A stretch of DNA of 59,488 bases, the filler included, from Sphacelaria rigidula (Eukaryota): the NCBI GenBank assembly GCA_964200075.2. It is 7 parts of 7 records of this genome, joined end to end, with 100 filler letters (N's around TTAATTAATTAA, not from the genome) between each part and the next. Parts side by side here need not be neighbours in the genome. Positions count along the whole stretch, not along the records: positions 42,565 to 50,976 come from CAXNAA020011230.1; positions 51,077 to 59,488 come from CAXNAA020011231.1; 5 more parts are not named here. One strand, 5' to 3'. The stretch's first letter is position 1, and every line of letters starts with the position of its first letter. The notes below the pieces were generated by a model, which was given only the letters and a program-made list of their open reading frames with translations, made no database searches and was not told the DNA's origin. Positions 48,039-59,488 of the stretch are shown piece by piece. Both the position numbers and the translations under genes were made by a program.

Positions 48039-48430
48039 AGGTGAGGTGAGGAATACTGAACACTGTTTATTGTATACTTCGTTTGGATGCGCCGACAGTG
48101 CACATCTCGAGAAAAAATATGCAGTTCTACCGTGGAACCACTCGGAATAACTAATTTACGTACTTCACGTTCCATATGCCCGTGTTGCTACAGCCAACAT
48201 ACGGACTTGTGAACACGCACATTGTACCAGGGCCAGGTTAGCAGATGAGGATTACTGAATACTGTTTATTGTATACTTCATTTGGATGCGCCGACAGTGC
48301 ACATCTCCGGGAAAAATATGCACCCCCACTGTGCAACCATTCGGAATGCAAAATACGTACTTCATGTTTCACATGCCCGGGTTGCCACAGCCAACGTCCG
48401 GACTTGTGAACATGCATTGTACCTGGACCA
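48039..48430 (+). repeat. Tandem duplication, ~198-bp unit x2
   Basis: TACTGAA.ACTGTTTATTGTATACTTC.TTTGGATGCGCCGACAGTGCACATCTC at 48054 and 48253. Confidence 0.9.
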
Positions 48431-49562
48431 TACAAGTCGACAGGTGAGGGAGCTGAATATTGTTTTCTTGCACAGTTGATCCGGATCTTACGGGTGCGGG
48501 AGAGGGTTTCTTGTATACTGTACTAGATTCGTATTCCACAGGTGAGGGGTAGCTTTTGGTGTACATAAGATTCAAATCGCGCGGGTCGACGACAAGCTTC
48601 TGCGCTTGCCTGACCCGAGTGATGTAAATGACAAGTATGTGATGTCGTACAGATGACACGGGTCTGCAGATCAGTTGTACACGAAAGTGTGGGCGTTAAG
48701 CGGATCGATAAAGTGCGGTGACATTCATTTAATTTAATTTTTTCGATCTGATATGTCAGCGGCATTTATGATCCTAGCTGGCTGCAACTACTTTTTATAA
48801 GTAGTGATGCTCGGGTGAGAAGCAAAAAACAATAAAGCTTAGCTTTTTCGATCGAAAAGCTGCGGAGGAAAGGTACGAAGGGGCACTTGATTCCTATATT
48901 GCGGACCACCACACCAGATACCATTTGTGCACAAAACTATGCAAACTCCACACACCCCATTTTCAGCTAGCACCGCAATCCTGCAGCATCGAGCACGAGT
49001 TGAACACGGCGATAAACTGCAGTGTTGGTAGTGTGTTTTTTTCCGTTGGCGAAAACTTGAGCACCTTCTCTCATGGATCGGCGACGGAACTGCGTAGTAG
49101 GGTCGGTGACCGACTCTCGTACACGCTAATGGAAAGTGCAGGCAGTACAAAGCTGTACGTTGTTCAAGTCCATTTGACGTCGCATCGGAAGTAGAGAACA
49201 CATATAGTCCTGTACTGCACGCTGCCCGCTTCTATTTCGCATCCTTCCCTACGGAACACGCACACACACGCACTCAGCCACACTGCATGCAACCAGTTCA
49301 CACAGTACAGTGCTGTCTCTACTGCAGACAAGCGAGCACGTACCATTTCACGAATTTCACTGTCGTTTTTCGATCGAGAGCCGCTTGCAAATTCACTTGG
49401 ACCCATCTCGAGGAAAACGAGCGGATTTCGCTCAAGGCAATTTCACCGGCTTTTGTTTCGATCGAAAAACAACGTGCAAAGACAAGCCCATAGGCTGTGT
49501 CTTGACCCTTTCGGAACCGTTGATGGAAAGTGACGATTTACGATTGACGTTTTCTTCGTCAA

Positions 49563-49579
49563 TATTATTGTTATTGTTA

Positions 49580-49631
<52 letters not shown>
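49563..49631. repeat. (ATT)n microsatellite
   Basis: Direct observation. Confidence 0.97.
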
Positions 49632-50537
49632 CCAATATATTATTAGCGTAAATGATCCGCCGCCTGGTACTGGAACCAAGTAAGTCGTATGATCCTTGTT
49701 GGAACAGTAATTTACATCAAAACCAACCTTCCATCACTACAACAAACTAAACGGCTCGGCAAGAGTCACAAAAAAGGAGCAGTTCGACGGTCTCGACAAA
49801 ACAGAAGAGACCACAAACTGCAAGAGGTATAGATACTATTTTACAGAACAAAGAGTGTTTGGATACTTTTTTACAGAACAAAAACCCATGCATGCATGCC
49901 AATCGCGTACGACAAGTTTTTCGTCCGTCTGTGTGGTTCGTCTGTGTGGCGGGTTCGTTTCGCTGTTTCACTGTGCTTGTGCTTGCCGCGTCGTGTGCTG
50001 CGCGCGCGATATCATACGCGCGATATGATGCGATATGATGCGCGCGATATGATGCACCGTCCCTCTTATGCAGGGTGGGTTGAAAACTGCATCGTTGGTT
50101 GCGGGCGACAGTACCCCAGTGGAAAACAACTCTGTTTGCAAGCGGAGGAAGCCCGACCAAGTGATGACAAGCGCCGTCAATCATCCAGTAATTCGTCACC
50201 ATTTTATCGTACCGCTCATGGTTAGGCCCACCGATTCCTTTCAGCTTGCACCACCTTCCCAAGATGAGTGTTTTTATCCGGCAAGTATGGCATTGAGTAA
50301 ACACCGGTTGTTGGTTCGCGTAAAACCAAGCGTGCTGCGCTTGTGGCGTGTTCTGTCCACGAAAATGCCCCCACGTAAAACCAGGCGTGCTGCGCGTGTG
50401 GCGTGTTTCGTCGCGTTGGGTCGGAGCTGTCGCGTTGGGTTGAAGCTGTTGCGTTGTGAACGTGTAACTTTCGTCAGTCATGTGTTTCAGCCCCGCCCGT
50501 TGAAATTTCCAGACCTCTCTCCTACTAAGACCACTTT

Positions 50538-50910
50538 GTATGACAGTCGAAAAAACGGGTCTGTACGCAGATCAGGGGACCTCAGATCCGGAAACGCATT
50601 GTATGGGCCCCAATTTGAACCAAATCGGGAAAGCTCAGATTCGTTTGTCACGATTTCAGAACGGTTTGACACGAATGTGAGCCCAGATCCGTGGGAAAAT
50701 CGAGGTCCCCCGAATCTGTAGCAATTGGAGTACGTATGTTGAAGTACAATGATGAGGCAACAGGCGTTTGGTATTTTTGAAACAACAGCAGCAGACAGTC
50801 TCGTGACAGCACAGACAGTGCCTGCAAGCGCCGGCTGATGGAGCAGCTCCGCACGGTGTTTGGCAAGCGGATAAGAAGTGTTGACGCCGTACCTGCGGTG
50901 ATGGCAATTT
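50538..50910 (-). repeat. Inverted copy of 47489-47852
   Basis: See partner feature. Confidence 0.9.
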
Positions 50911-50976
50911 TTCACGGGTAGGTCGAGTAGAGTACACTCAATACTCAGTATTTTTGAAGAGTCATACTTTTAGTAC

Positions 50977-51076
50977 NNNNNNNNNNNNNNNNNNNNNNNN
51001 NNNNNNNNNNNNNNNNNNNNTTAATTAATTAANNNNNNNNNNNNNNNNNNNNNNNNNNNNNNNNNNNNNNNNNNNN
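50977..51076. other. Artificial contig spacer N44-TTAATTAATTAA-N44
   Basis: Same 100-bp linker. Confidence 0.99.
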
Positions 51077-51312
51077 TTTGTTTTTTTTGGGTGTTTTGTT
51101 TGGTGTTTTGGGGTGTGGGTGGGGTGGTGGGGTTTGTGGTTTTTTGTTTTTTCAGTCTACTCCACTTATTTATGGTGTGATTTTTTCTTCCCCGGGGGTT
51201 CTGCTCGTAAGGGAGTATTTTCCATTTTGCTTTCCTGGGGTATAGTATGGTAAGTTCATCCTTCTTTTTGACCACGATAGGATTCCTCAGGGATCACTGA
51301 ATGCGCGCCACG

Positions 51313-51460
51313 ATCAATCAGCCTATTCATCGATCCATGAATCCACGAATCCATCCACCCATGAACCCCTCCATCCCTCCATCCATGAATCCGTTAACTC
51401 CTGAATTCCATCCATAAATCCATGAATCTATCCATGAATCGTTTCATCCATCCATTCATG
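51313..51460. repeat. Degenerate (ATCC/ATGA)n microsatellite
   Basis: ATCCATGAATCC-type tetramers; resumes near 51617-51666. Confidence 0.85.
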
Positions 51461-51895
51461 TATATTTTTTCTTCACCTCGTAGTCTACCATGTCGTTCTG
51501 TTCGACGTTTTTTGCTCTTTCGTTTTATTGAACGCGTGTTTCAGCTTGCTTTCTTTGGGTACGTCCATCATGCGACCACACGGTTGGATCCATGGGTGGG
51601 CAGTTGAAGTGCGACAATCAATCAATCAATGAATTCATCCATTCGTTCAGTCATCCATCCGTCCATGCACACCTCACATCAACATCTTCGGGTGTTTCGC
51701 CTGCTGGGTCCATGTCCTGTAGGCCTTTGTGCGATAGAATGATATCATGAGTCTGAATGTGATACGTTTTGCAGGTCATTTTCTTTTTACCATGAAATAA
51801 GCTTCACTTTCGTATACAGTCAGTAGAACCAGCAGCAGCAGCGAAATGATAGCATTATTTTACGCTGATTTCCCATCAGCCGCCCAGACTTATCG

Positions 51896-52143
51896 GCGTA
51901 CTCACTATTGGCTTGCCTTAGTCATTTGACCATTGAACACGCATCCCTTTCGAGGCAGAGCACCATTCCTACTTCCAATACAGACACCTCCAGTACATTT
52001 TGGCGCTCCTTGACAATCGGTTGCTTACTTTTGTAAAATACTCTTCTCTTTCTGCTATCCCCTTCCTGTTTCACCGTCTGTGGCCATACATCTCCGATTA
52101 TAGAGATCGAGTTCTCGCTACTATCTAAAGCACGAAACGTTTT
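51896..52143 (-). mobile_element. Longest family B LINE-like 3' end (coding remnant)
   Basis: Minus strand FRALDSSENSISIIGDVWPQTVKQEGD...(frameshift) GGVCIGSRNGALPRKGCVFNGQMTKASQ*, then GAGTACGCC; homologous to 9822-9907. Confidence 0.7.
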
Positions 52144-52848
52144 CAAGCCCCGTTCGTTCCGAGGGAGCCAGCCGGGAGGGCGGTCGGAAGGTTGGCACTG
52201 CGACTTAAGCTTTTGACAACATCGTGTGAGTATAGGGAGAAGGACATGATTCCGCACAACAACTCCCAAGGAACCGTCAAAAGCGTTCCTTCTTAGCGTC
52301 AAACTACAGATATCAATAAGTAAACACACGAAGTTATCATCGTTAAACCAGCTATTCAGCTACACGGGTAAACGGCGCCTTCCAGACGACCCTGCGCATG
52401 TCATCTCATTCCATAACTATTGATGGAATGAAACTGCAACGAACGCGTGACTCCGTTTTAGAGGACACGCCACGCTCAGGCGGAGCTCACGATCACCCAC
52501 CTCTACTTCTGCCGTATGGTAGCTGACAACAATTTTCCGGACAACTGACCGAACATAGATACCACGGGGGTGCTATTCATCGTGATTGATAGTTTTTTCT
52601 TGGGATCGTGCAGAGGACACTTTTCTGAGCCTAACCAAAAACATCAGCTCCACAGTAACACACTCAATCACAGCGTGCCTTGGTGTTGGAGCCCCCCCCC
52701 CCCAATCATGTGAAGTCATGGGTGGGGAAACGGCGTAGCCGGGTGGGGCCGAAGCTTGTAAGAGTAGCGCGGCGTGTGCACTGCGCCAAGCCGACAGGGA
52801 GTTTCACTGGACTCAACTCCTGCACTTTCTTGAGCAAAGCTTTTCCAA

Positions 52849-52982
52849 CGCTCGAGGCACCTGCCCTACATGACTATCGCGAGGCGATCTAGCCGAGCCT
52901 CGGGGTAATCGGCACACGAACCCGTTTCGCGGGGTAATAGTTGGGTGAGGTTTCCTCCTTCCTTCAAGGAAGAAAAAAAAAA
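52849..52982 (+). mobile_element. A-tailed SINE/LINE 3' end (family C); may extend upstream
   Basis: Homologous to 26280-26388; terminal AAGGAAGAAAAAAAAAA. Confidence 0.7.
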
Positions 52983-53012
52983 CTTTGCCGGCATAAACCC
53001 GGCGGGTAATGC

Positions 53013-53266
53013 AAGTTCACACAGACGCGATACAAGTTCGAAGAAATGAGATCCGGTGCCGCGGGCGATTATTCGGACTACCGCAGACAGAGCAGCAGCT
53101 ACAAGGATAGAGCCATACGATCTAATTGCTATGGTTGATGTCCGCTTCGCGTGTCGAGTAGGAGCGTTGGGCTCTGTCTGCAGTAGTCCGAATGATCGCC
53201 CGCGGCACCGGATTTCATGAGGATAGTATCACTTTCTTCCAATTTATATCGCGTCTGTGTCAACTT
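53013..53266. repeat. ~250-nt imperfect foldback (MITE or hairpin RNA locus)
   Basis: 53046-53093 pairs with 53171-53218 (3 differences in 48); outer arms 53013-53045 / 53233-53266; inner AGCCATA/TATGGTT stem. Confidence 0.9.
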
Positions 53267-53402
53267 TTCTGGTTCTTATTTTTGTATTTGTAATTCCCCT
53301 ACACTTTAATCTTGCATGTGACCATGGAAGGCATCCGAGTTGGATACCCATTATTAAAGTAAGAAGTGCTGCGCAGATATCGGCACGGTTTTAAATGTGA
53401 AG

Positions 53403-53493
<91 letters not shown>
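53403..53493. repeat. (CAA)~30 microsatellite
   Basis: Direct observation. Confidence 0.98.
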
Positions 53494-54761
53494 AATCATA
53501 TTCTAGCTGTGGTAGTCGTATATGAGGGTGCCTGGGGTTGTTTTTTGTTTTTGAGTTGAACCCTCCAACATGGTGGCCATACTAATCTCCTCGTGTCACC
53601 TGTTTATCCCTATTTTGTCTTTTATTATCTTCTCTCTTCCTCTTTTTCGGTGTACACTTTTGACAGATCCGGCGTTTGTTGTTTCTTTGCTTGTTTGTTT
53701 TTCTCTCCTTCCTCTCCCCGTTGAACTCGGGGGAGCTACTTCTCACCGTTTTTCGTGGCGTCTCTCTTTTTATTTTTCATTTTGGTAATATGTCTCGTAA
53801 GGAATAGCAAGGACGGTATTGGAAAGGCGAGCCCACGTCTGTGACCACGGGTTCGCGAGATCGGACTAATGAGCGGAAATAATAATAACAATAATAATCA
53901 TGATCATAACAATCATAATCATAACAACAACAACAATAAATGCCGGAGTCCACCTGTTTCCCCCGTACCTTTAGTATGCCCTGATTGGCGAATACTTTTC
54001 TCATCAGTGACATCGACTCCCACATTTTCTTCGCCAGGGGATCCACAACGAAATCCTGAAGCCAAGAGGGGCAATCAGAGCGCAGGATGCCACAACAAAA
54101 AACAGGGCATGATTATTGTCAAAGTTGCTTCGAATTCCTAGTCGACAGCTATTTTTTATTCCGCTTCTGTTGCAACCGCAGCTACGATGAGACACTCTCC
54201 GATACAGTCCAAGTAATATACGCCTTGTTCCAACGAAGGGGGGGATGATGTGCCGCCTTGAATAGCACCATACTGTTCCTAGAAGCGTGTACATCCACCG
54301 AAAGAGAATCTGCATTGGACGAGACTTTTCGTTCGCCAAAAACAGGTCAGCATCGTACGCCAAAAACAGGTCACCATCATCATCAGTAGGACTGCAACAT
54401 GTGCTCAGCTTAGTTGTATGAATTAACCTCAGAAATTTAGCAGGTTCATCCACAGTTCAGATTTCGTGAGACGAGATACGTGAGGCGCGGTCAAGGAACT
54501 CCGCGAGAATATCGACAATTTCTCATTCTTCCCGCAGCACCCACCTTCGTCACCGTCGAAATCTGCAACAGACACGTGAGCCCATGGAACGTGCGCGTTC
54601 CATGAGCCTCCACATCGAAGCCGAACTCGGTGGATGCCTCGAGTGTCTCGACTAAAGACGACAGCTGTCGCCATACACCAAAAATCGAGGGGGGGGGAGC
54701 GAACGGTAGTGAGACGGGGGGGGGAGCCGAAGCGAGTGGGTATCATGTCTTGGTTAGTTGT

Positions 54762-55470
54762 TGACAACTGTGGGGGTATTGGGGGAACATCGCTCGGAAT
54801 GAAACATATAGAATATTCAGGGGTATCGTAGTACATCTTTCCCTGTTCAAAATCGAAATTTCCTTGCTTGAACGCTTTATACCCGTTACAATGAACGACT
54901 GCTTTCCAAGAAAACCATCCGTTATTTCAGGACTTCCCCTGGGGTCTAATCCTAACCCTGAGGTTGTCACAAACCCTATCTGAGGGGGGGGGGGGTGCCA
55001 GCGCTTTCCGTCGCTGGATCAGACCCCGTTTGGGACCGTCAGGAGGGATATTCAAACTACAGCTGATGCGGGTTCTATATTCAAAGAAACGGCTCGGATT
55101 TTGCAAGCGCGTTGCACTGCAGTAGATTTGTTCGATAGCCCCACCACGAAACCGGTTCTCAACACAGCCACGGCGGAAGTGGCCATACAAGGCGTGATAG
55201 CTGGTTCAGACTGGATGAAGCGCCTCGCATGGGCACTACTGGCGAAACAACCTCAAGCGTGGGACTACCCCTAACCCCCGTTGTGTGTGTGTGTGCACCT
55301 TTATTGTGGAGCATCCATTTTATCCAACTAACGACTGTACTGAAGTGGTGCTGTACTCTGGTGTGCTGGTATATCTCAGAAGACTGCTGAATGATGCTGC
55401 GTTTCAAAGATCGCTGGCGTCTGTCGCCGCATTGGATCGTTTCGCTGACGGCGGTCGTCGCCGGCGCAAA
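54762..55470. mobile_element. Second copy of the ~700-bp repeat at 17115-17813
   Basis: Colinear similarity; ends in a small GC hairpin CGGCGGTCGTCGCCG followed by an A-run. Confidence 0.8.
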
Positions 55471-55471
55471 A

Positions 55472-55930
55472 AACACTATATTAGTGAGATTCAGAGTGTA
55501 ACATCGGATTCAGAGTGAAACCCGAAACAATCGACTTTCCCGCCGATTTTGACACCGCTACAGTTCGAGGAGTAATGCGCCCAGCTGGTGAGGCGGTGAC
55601 TTCAATAAAAGGTGTCACCTACACGATCAATTTGACACTTCACTTGATCGCTACGACGTAGTCAGTCCCTTGCGACGAAAGATCCCCTCTTTCAGGAAAA
55701 ACCGAATAGTGCCTGGAAAAGTTTCAGGTCGAAATGCGCTCCCCAGGCGTAAAAGTGCTTTGTGCGGTATCTCACCAACCAGACCGCCGAATTCCTCGAA
55801 TGGAGTACTGTACGGTAGCTGCATGCACAGGGCGTGTGCTCAAGCAACAACAAAAAAGTTGCCTGTTAGAAACGCGAGAGCATCCACTCTGAATCCGATT
55901 TTACGCTCTGAATCTCACGAATATGTTGTT
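55472..55930. mobile_element. ~455-bp MITE-like element with ~45-bp TIRs
   Basis: ATATTAGTGAGATTCAGAGTGTAACATCGGATTCAGAGTG is the inverse of CACTCTGAATCCGATTTTACGCTCTGAATCTCACGAATAT; TSD not evident. Confidence 0.75.
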
Positions 55931-56725
55931 AACAGTATGAAGTCCTTCTCAGATACTCAACAAGCGGCGTCAGGAAACTCGATGACTAGTCCAAAGAAGT
56001 ATGTTTTCAGCATACTTTGTTACGTGCTCCGTAGCGATTAGACGCGGGCCCTGCTCAAAAGATGCGGTACAATCAATGACGGTGGTTTTTCTGTTGGACT
56101 GCTCATCATCATGCTTGCGCTGCCGTGCAGAAACGTCTGGGTTACGACTACATGGTCGAAACCGCTTGCGAATCCCGAGCTTTTTGGACGAAACAAATGA
56201 AATTTCGATGGTCAGTTGAACCTCACCCAAATGTTGAACCTCAAGAACGAACCCAGGCTGTTATTTGTTGTCATGACGATATTTTCGAAATCGATACAAA
56301 ATTACCTTCTCGGGAGTGTCCACGTATGTTTCCGTCGTATCCTGCAAGTTCGGCCACGTTCTCAGCGCACCCCTCGCATTTGCGAGGTCTGATCCGTCCA
56401 CCGGCCCAGGGCCACTAGCAACGAGCCATTTTGCGAACGTTGTTTCTCGTTTCTCAATCTCCTCGCTAAATCTGCCTCGCAGGAATGCAATAATTGGCGC
56501 AGGCTGATTCAGGACTTGGACATATGCATGGGATGCACCCTGAACGGGGCTTTTGTGCGTTGTTTTTTAATGGTACGAGAATACAAGCGAAGAGCATTCA
56601 TGTCAAAATGCAAAAAGGTTCTAAGTCGAGTGGGACTTCTGCGCATGAAAAGTTGTAAATTTAGGCTGCATTCAGCCTCACGGCTCCAACTGACACATCT
56701 GCAAACAATGCAACAGGGTTGTAAG

Positions 56726-57327
56726 AGCCGATCATCGAAATTGAGGATGAAGCTTTTCATTGAGGATGGGGAAGCCCCGGAAGGGCGCACGGAGGGTGCC
56801 GATATATTTGTTCCCCGAAAGTATTCCGGTAGTTCTTGGATTAAGATGTGAGTTTCGCAAAACAAGCTGCGGCCACCGGAAAACTCGAAAGGGTTCTGAA
56901 GCCGTCTCGAAATCATTTTGATCCGACGGACCGCCCGATACTTGAAAGCCGGCGTGACCCCTCTTCACCATTTTTAATAATCCAACTCGCCGCCGATTAT
57001 AACTGTTCTTATTATTTCGTATTGAAATGACTGGGTCAAACCCGAACTTCAAGTTTGACGAGGCGCTCTTGTCTGTTTGAAATTAAAATCCAGGTCCTGA
57101 CCTTCATTGAAATAAAGAACAACTCCGACCACCAGGTATGGGTGACGCAACCATTTTAGCGGTCCGTTTGGACCCCAAGAATTCAAATCTCACTCTACTG
57201 CTCCCTTTATGTTAATGTTTGGGGACCGGATTCTTCGGGGGCAGAGTATATGGGCACTTTCTGCACGCCGTTCCGGGGCTTTCTTGTCCTCAATTAAAAG
57301 CTCCATCCTCAATTTCGATGATCGGCT
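56726..57327. mobile_element. ~600-bp MITE-like element with ~105-bp imperfect TIRs
   Basis: AGCCGATCATCGAAATTGAGGATGAAGCTTTT...CCGGT (56726-56830) is the inverse of ACCGG...AAAAGCTCCATCCTCAATTTCGATGATCGGCT (57226-57327). Confidence 0.8.
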
Positions 57328-58564
57328 GTTTTGTAGAGGTAAAACAAAGTACTATATTGGTCACGATCAACTCCTGACAGTATATTCTAATGATATATAT
57401 AACAAATCAGCGGTGTAACTCTTTACGTTTCAAAATTAACAGGTACGGAGCGCCCTTTTGGCTGGTGCTGACTATTGTGCTGTCGCCATGTATCGTTGCT
57501 CAAACCCTATTGCTACGAGGTCCATAACCTGTTGAATTTAACGTGGCTTTATCTACATACAAGATATGCAGAGATACGTGTTCGACTATTCCACAAACAT
57601 GAGTACCCTCAACCTATTTCGATTGACAAAGGAAACGAGGCTCCACTGTCTCGGTAACAGTAAACTCCGCAGAGGGTGCACAGGAACTGTCGAGTTACTC
57701 TCGCTGTGCGATAAAAGAAAGAAGTCGGTGATTTTCACAGGAGGTTATATGGTGGATATAGAATAAGACGCTCCGTCTCTTCTTCACACAGAGAGCTTAT
57801 ACAAAGCTGATGAGAGGTTGGAGAGTGAATACAGATGGGTTATACCTCACGCTGTAATCCTACCCAACAAACTCTTCGTGCTGAAAATGTACATCCAATC
57901 TCTTCCCGATATAGATTCTTGTGTGAGGAAGGCGTATCGCTAGAGTAGTCAGAGACCTACGGGGGAGACTGCCGTTCTGATGCCGAAGGAACTCCGAGAC
58001 TGGTGATGATTTCCTCTTGTATATGTAGGCAAGAAGTTGGGTCAGACGAGAAGTGGTCGCCAGGGGCGACCAGTTCCTCGAGGGATGTTGGACCGTCCTA
58101 ATATTGGGTTCTTCCTAACATCACCCCGAGTTTTCTAGTTTCGTTGGCATTACAGGGTCCTCGGTAACCTAATCCTTCCGGACCGTTCCTACCTTGTCTC
58201 TACTTGCGCTGGTTCTTCATACATGTGTGGCATCAGTCTCTGATATGTCATTACAAAGGTGTTTTCCACATTTCCCCCCCTTCATGCGCCTCAAGCCCAT
58301 CGGGACTATGGCTGGTGGAACGAGGCGATCATCAGCTTCGCTGATGATATAATCGTGGAAGTGTCTTTGAGTGACAATTATTGACTGAATCACGCCAACA
58401 CTAATCGCAAAGGTAGCCCTTCTCCATACTGTGGTATTGAGTAAAACACCCCCAGTAGACTTGAGCTACTTGTGTTCAGTAACAGTGCATGTATTTCAAA
58501 CCCTTTAATCTTGGTTTTCTCTCTCATGTAGCTGTCATATGTGACATGTTTTCATCATATGTAT

Positions 58565-59080
58565 TTGCACTTGGGTGCTGGTTGCATCTGCTGGTATGCA
58601 TGACTGGGCACTGGGACAGTGATCGGTCCACGGGCGCCTAAATTATTCCTGCCCGGAATCTGGGATGCCTTCGGTTCCGCGGACACCGGAGTAGGGCTAA
58701 GTTCTCGGGTTAGTAACAAGGCGGTGTTGAAGATATATATATATATGTGTGTGTGTTCTGAACCTGTGAGCATTGTGCTCTTTTGGCTAAACACCGTCGA
58801 AATGACCCTTGCTTCTTGTTATTTCATGTCAAATAACTTCATCATGTGTGACACAATATTTATGGGATGCTTTTGCACTTTGGTGCAGGCTACATCAGTT
58901 AGGTATACATGACTAGGCACTGGGACACCGACCGGTCCACGGGCGCTTGAGGTATTCCTACCCGGGTTCTGGGATGCCTTCGGTTCCACTGACACCGGAG
59001 TAGGACGAAGTCCTCGCGTTAGTACGAAATCGGTGGGTCTGATGTTTATATTACGAGCCTTGTGCTCTTTGGTTGAACAT
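58565..59080. repeat. Tandem duplication with ~309-bp period, possibly within a decayed gag-like region
   Basis: ATGACT.GGCACTGGGACA...CTGGGATGCCTTCGGTTCC..GACACCGGAGTAGG at ~58600 and ~58909. Adjacent minus-strand KIKGFEIHALLLNTSSS (~58520-58465) weakly resembles a retroviral protease motif. Confidence 0.8.
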
Positions 59081-59488
59081 CATCGGAATGGTTTTTGCTT
59101 CTTGTCAGCACTACCCCGATTGCTAAGAGGTTATCTTCCTTGGGAAGTTGCACACCAGTCACCGTTGACATGTCAGATACTTTTCCGTTTATGTCTGCAT
59201 TGTTCTAACATCGTTTTTTTGTTTTCTTGTTCTGTGATTCTCATTGATCTCCGAATTGTGACCTCGGGCTACTGCTCAACCCTTGAGCGTTTTGCTAGGA
59301 CGCTCGAAGAGTCTGTTGAACAGTCACATCCGTTTCCGTTACCCGGTATTTTCGGATTTCGACACCGGATGTGAGCGCTTTGCTAACCCGTTGTCATGAC
59401 GGTATATATCGATGAGGTATCTACCTTGTAACAACAAATTGTGAGAATTGAGGTTTAACTTCGAGATGAGGCTCAAGCCTAAAACAGT

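Noticed and set aside
49310-49679. Poly-Leu/Asn/Ile ORFs (also poly-Leu at 53299-53499)
   Set aside because: Translations of (ATT)n and (CAA)n microsatellites.

Overview
Eukaryotic, intron-rich, repeat-rich DNA. A brown alga (Phaeophyceae) is my inference from gene structure and repeat content; it is not verified. The window is NOT one locus. It is seven unrelated contigs of 8413/8412 bp (1-8413, 8514-16926, 17027-25439, 25540-33952, 34053-42464, 42565-50976, 51077-59488) joined by identical 100-bp N44-TTAATTAATTAA-N44 spacers, so nothing can be inferred across a spacer. Host genes rebuilt by hand with phase-consistent GT-AG introns: a complete 4-exon Kelch-repeat protein (13155-16302, +), a tRNA-splicing endonuclease Sen34-type subunit (28595-26685, -), and a 7-exon fragment of an ARM-repeat-like protein (34710-41248, +). 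There is also a probable first exon of a ubiquitin-like-domain gene (12423-12293, -). The rest is transposon debris: a chromodomain Ty3/Gypsy integrase interrupted by a TA-target MITE, a decayed RTE-type LINE, a hAT fragment, several MITEs/foldbacks, a tRNA-like SINE head and microsatellites. Best leads: (1) a retroposon pair (LINE-like 3' ends plus a ~0.55-kb non-coding partner with a terminal direct repeat) that ends in GAGTACRCCC instead of poly(A) and mostly sits in G/C tracts; (2) a decayed ORF with a chromodomain-like module followed by a PWWP/Tudor-like module; (3) several pre-miRNA-sized hairpins; (4) a possible eroded D5-like helicase/virus-like relic in contig 1. No database search was possible, so none of these is demonstrated to be novel.
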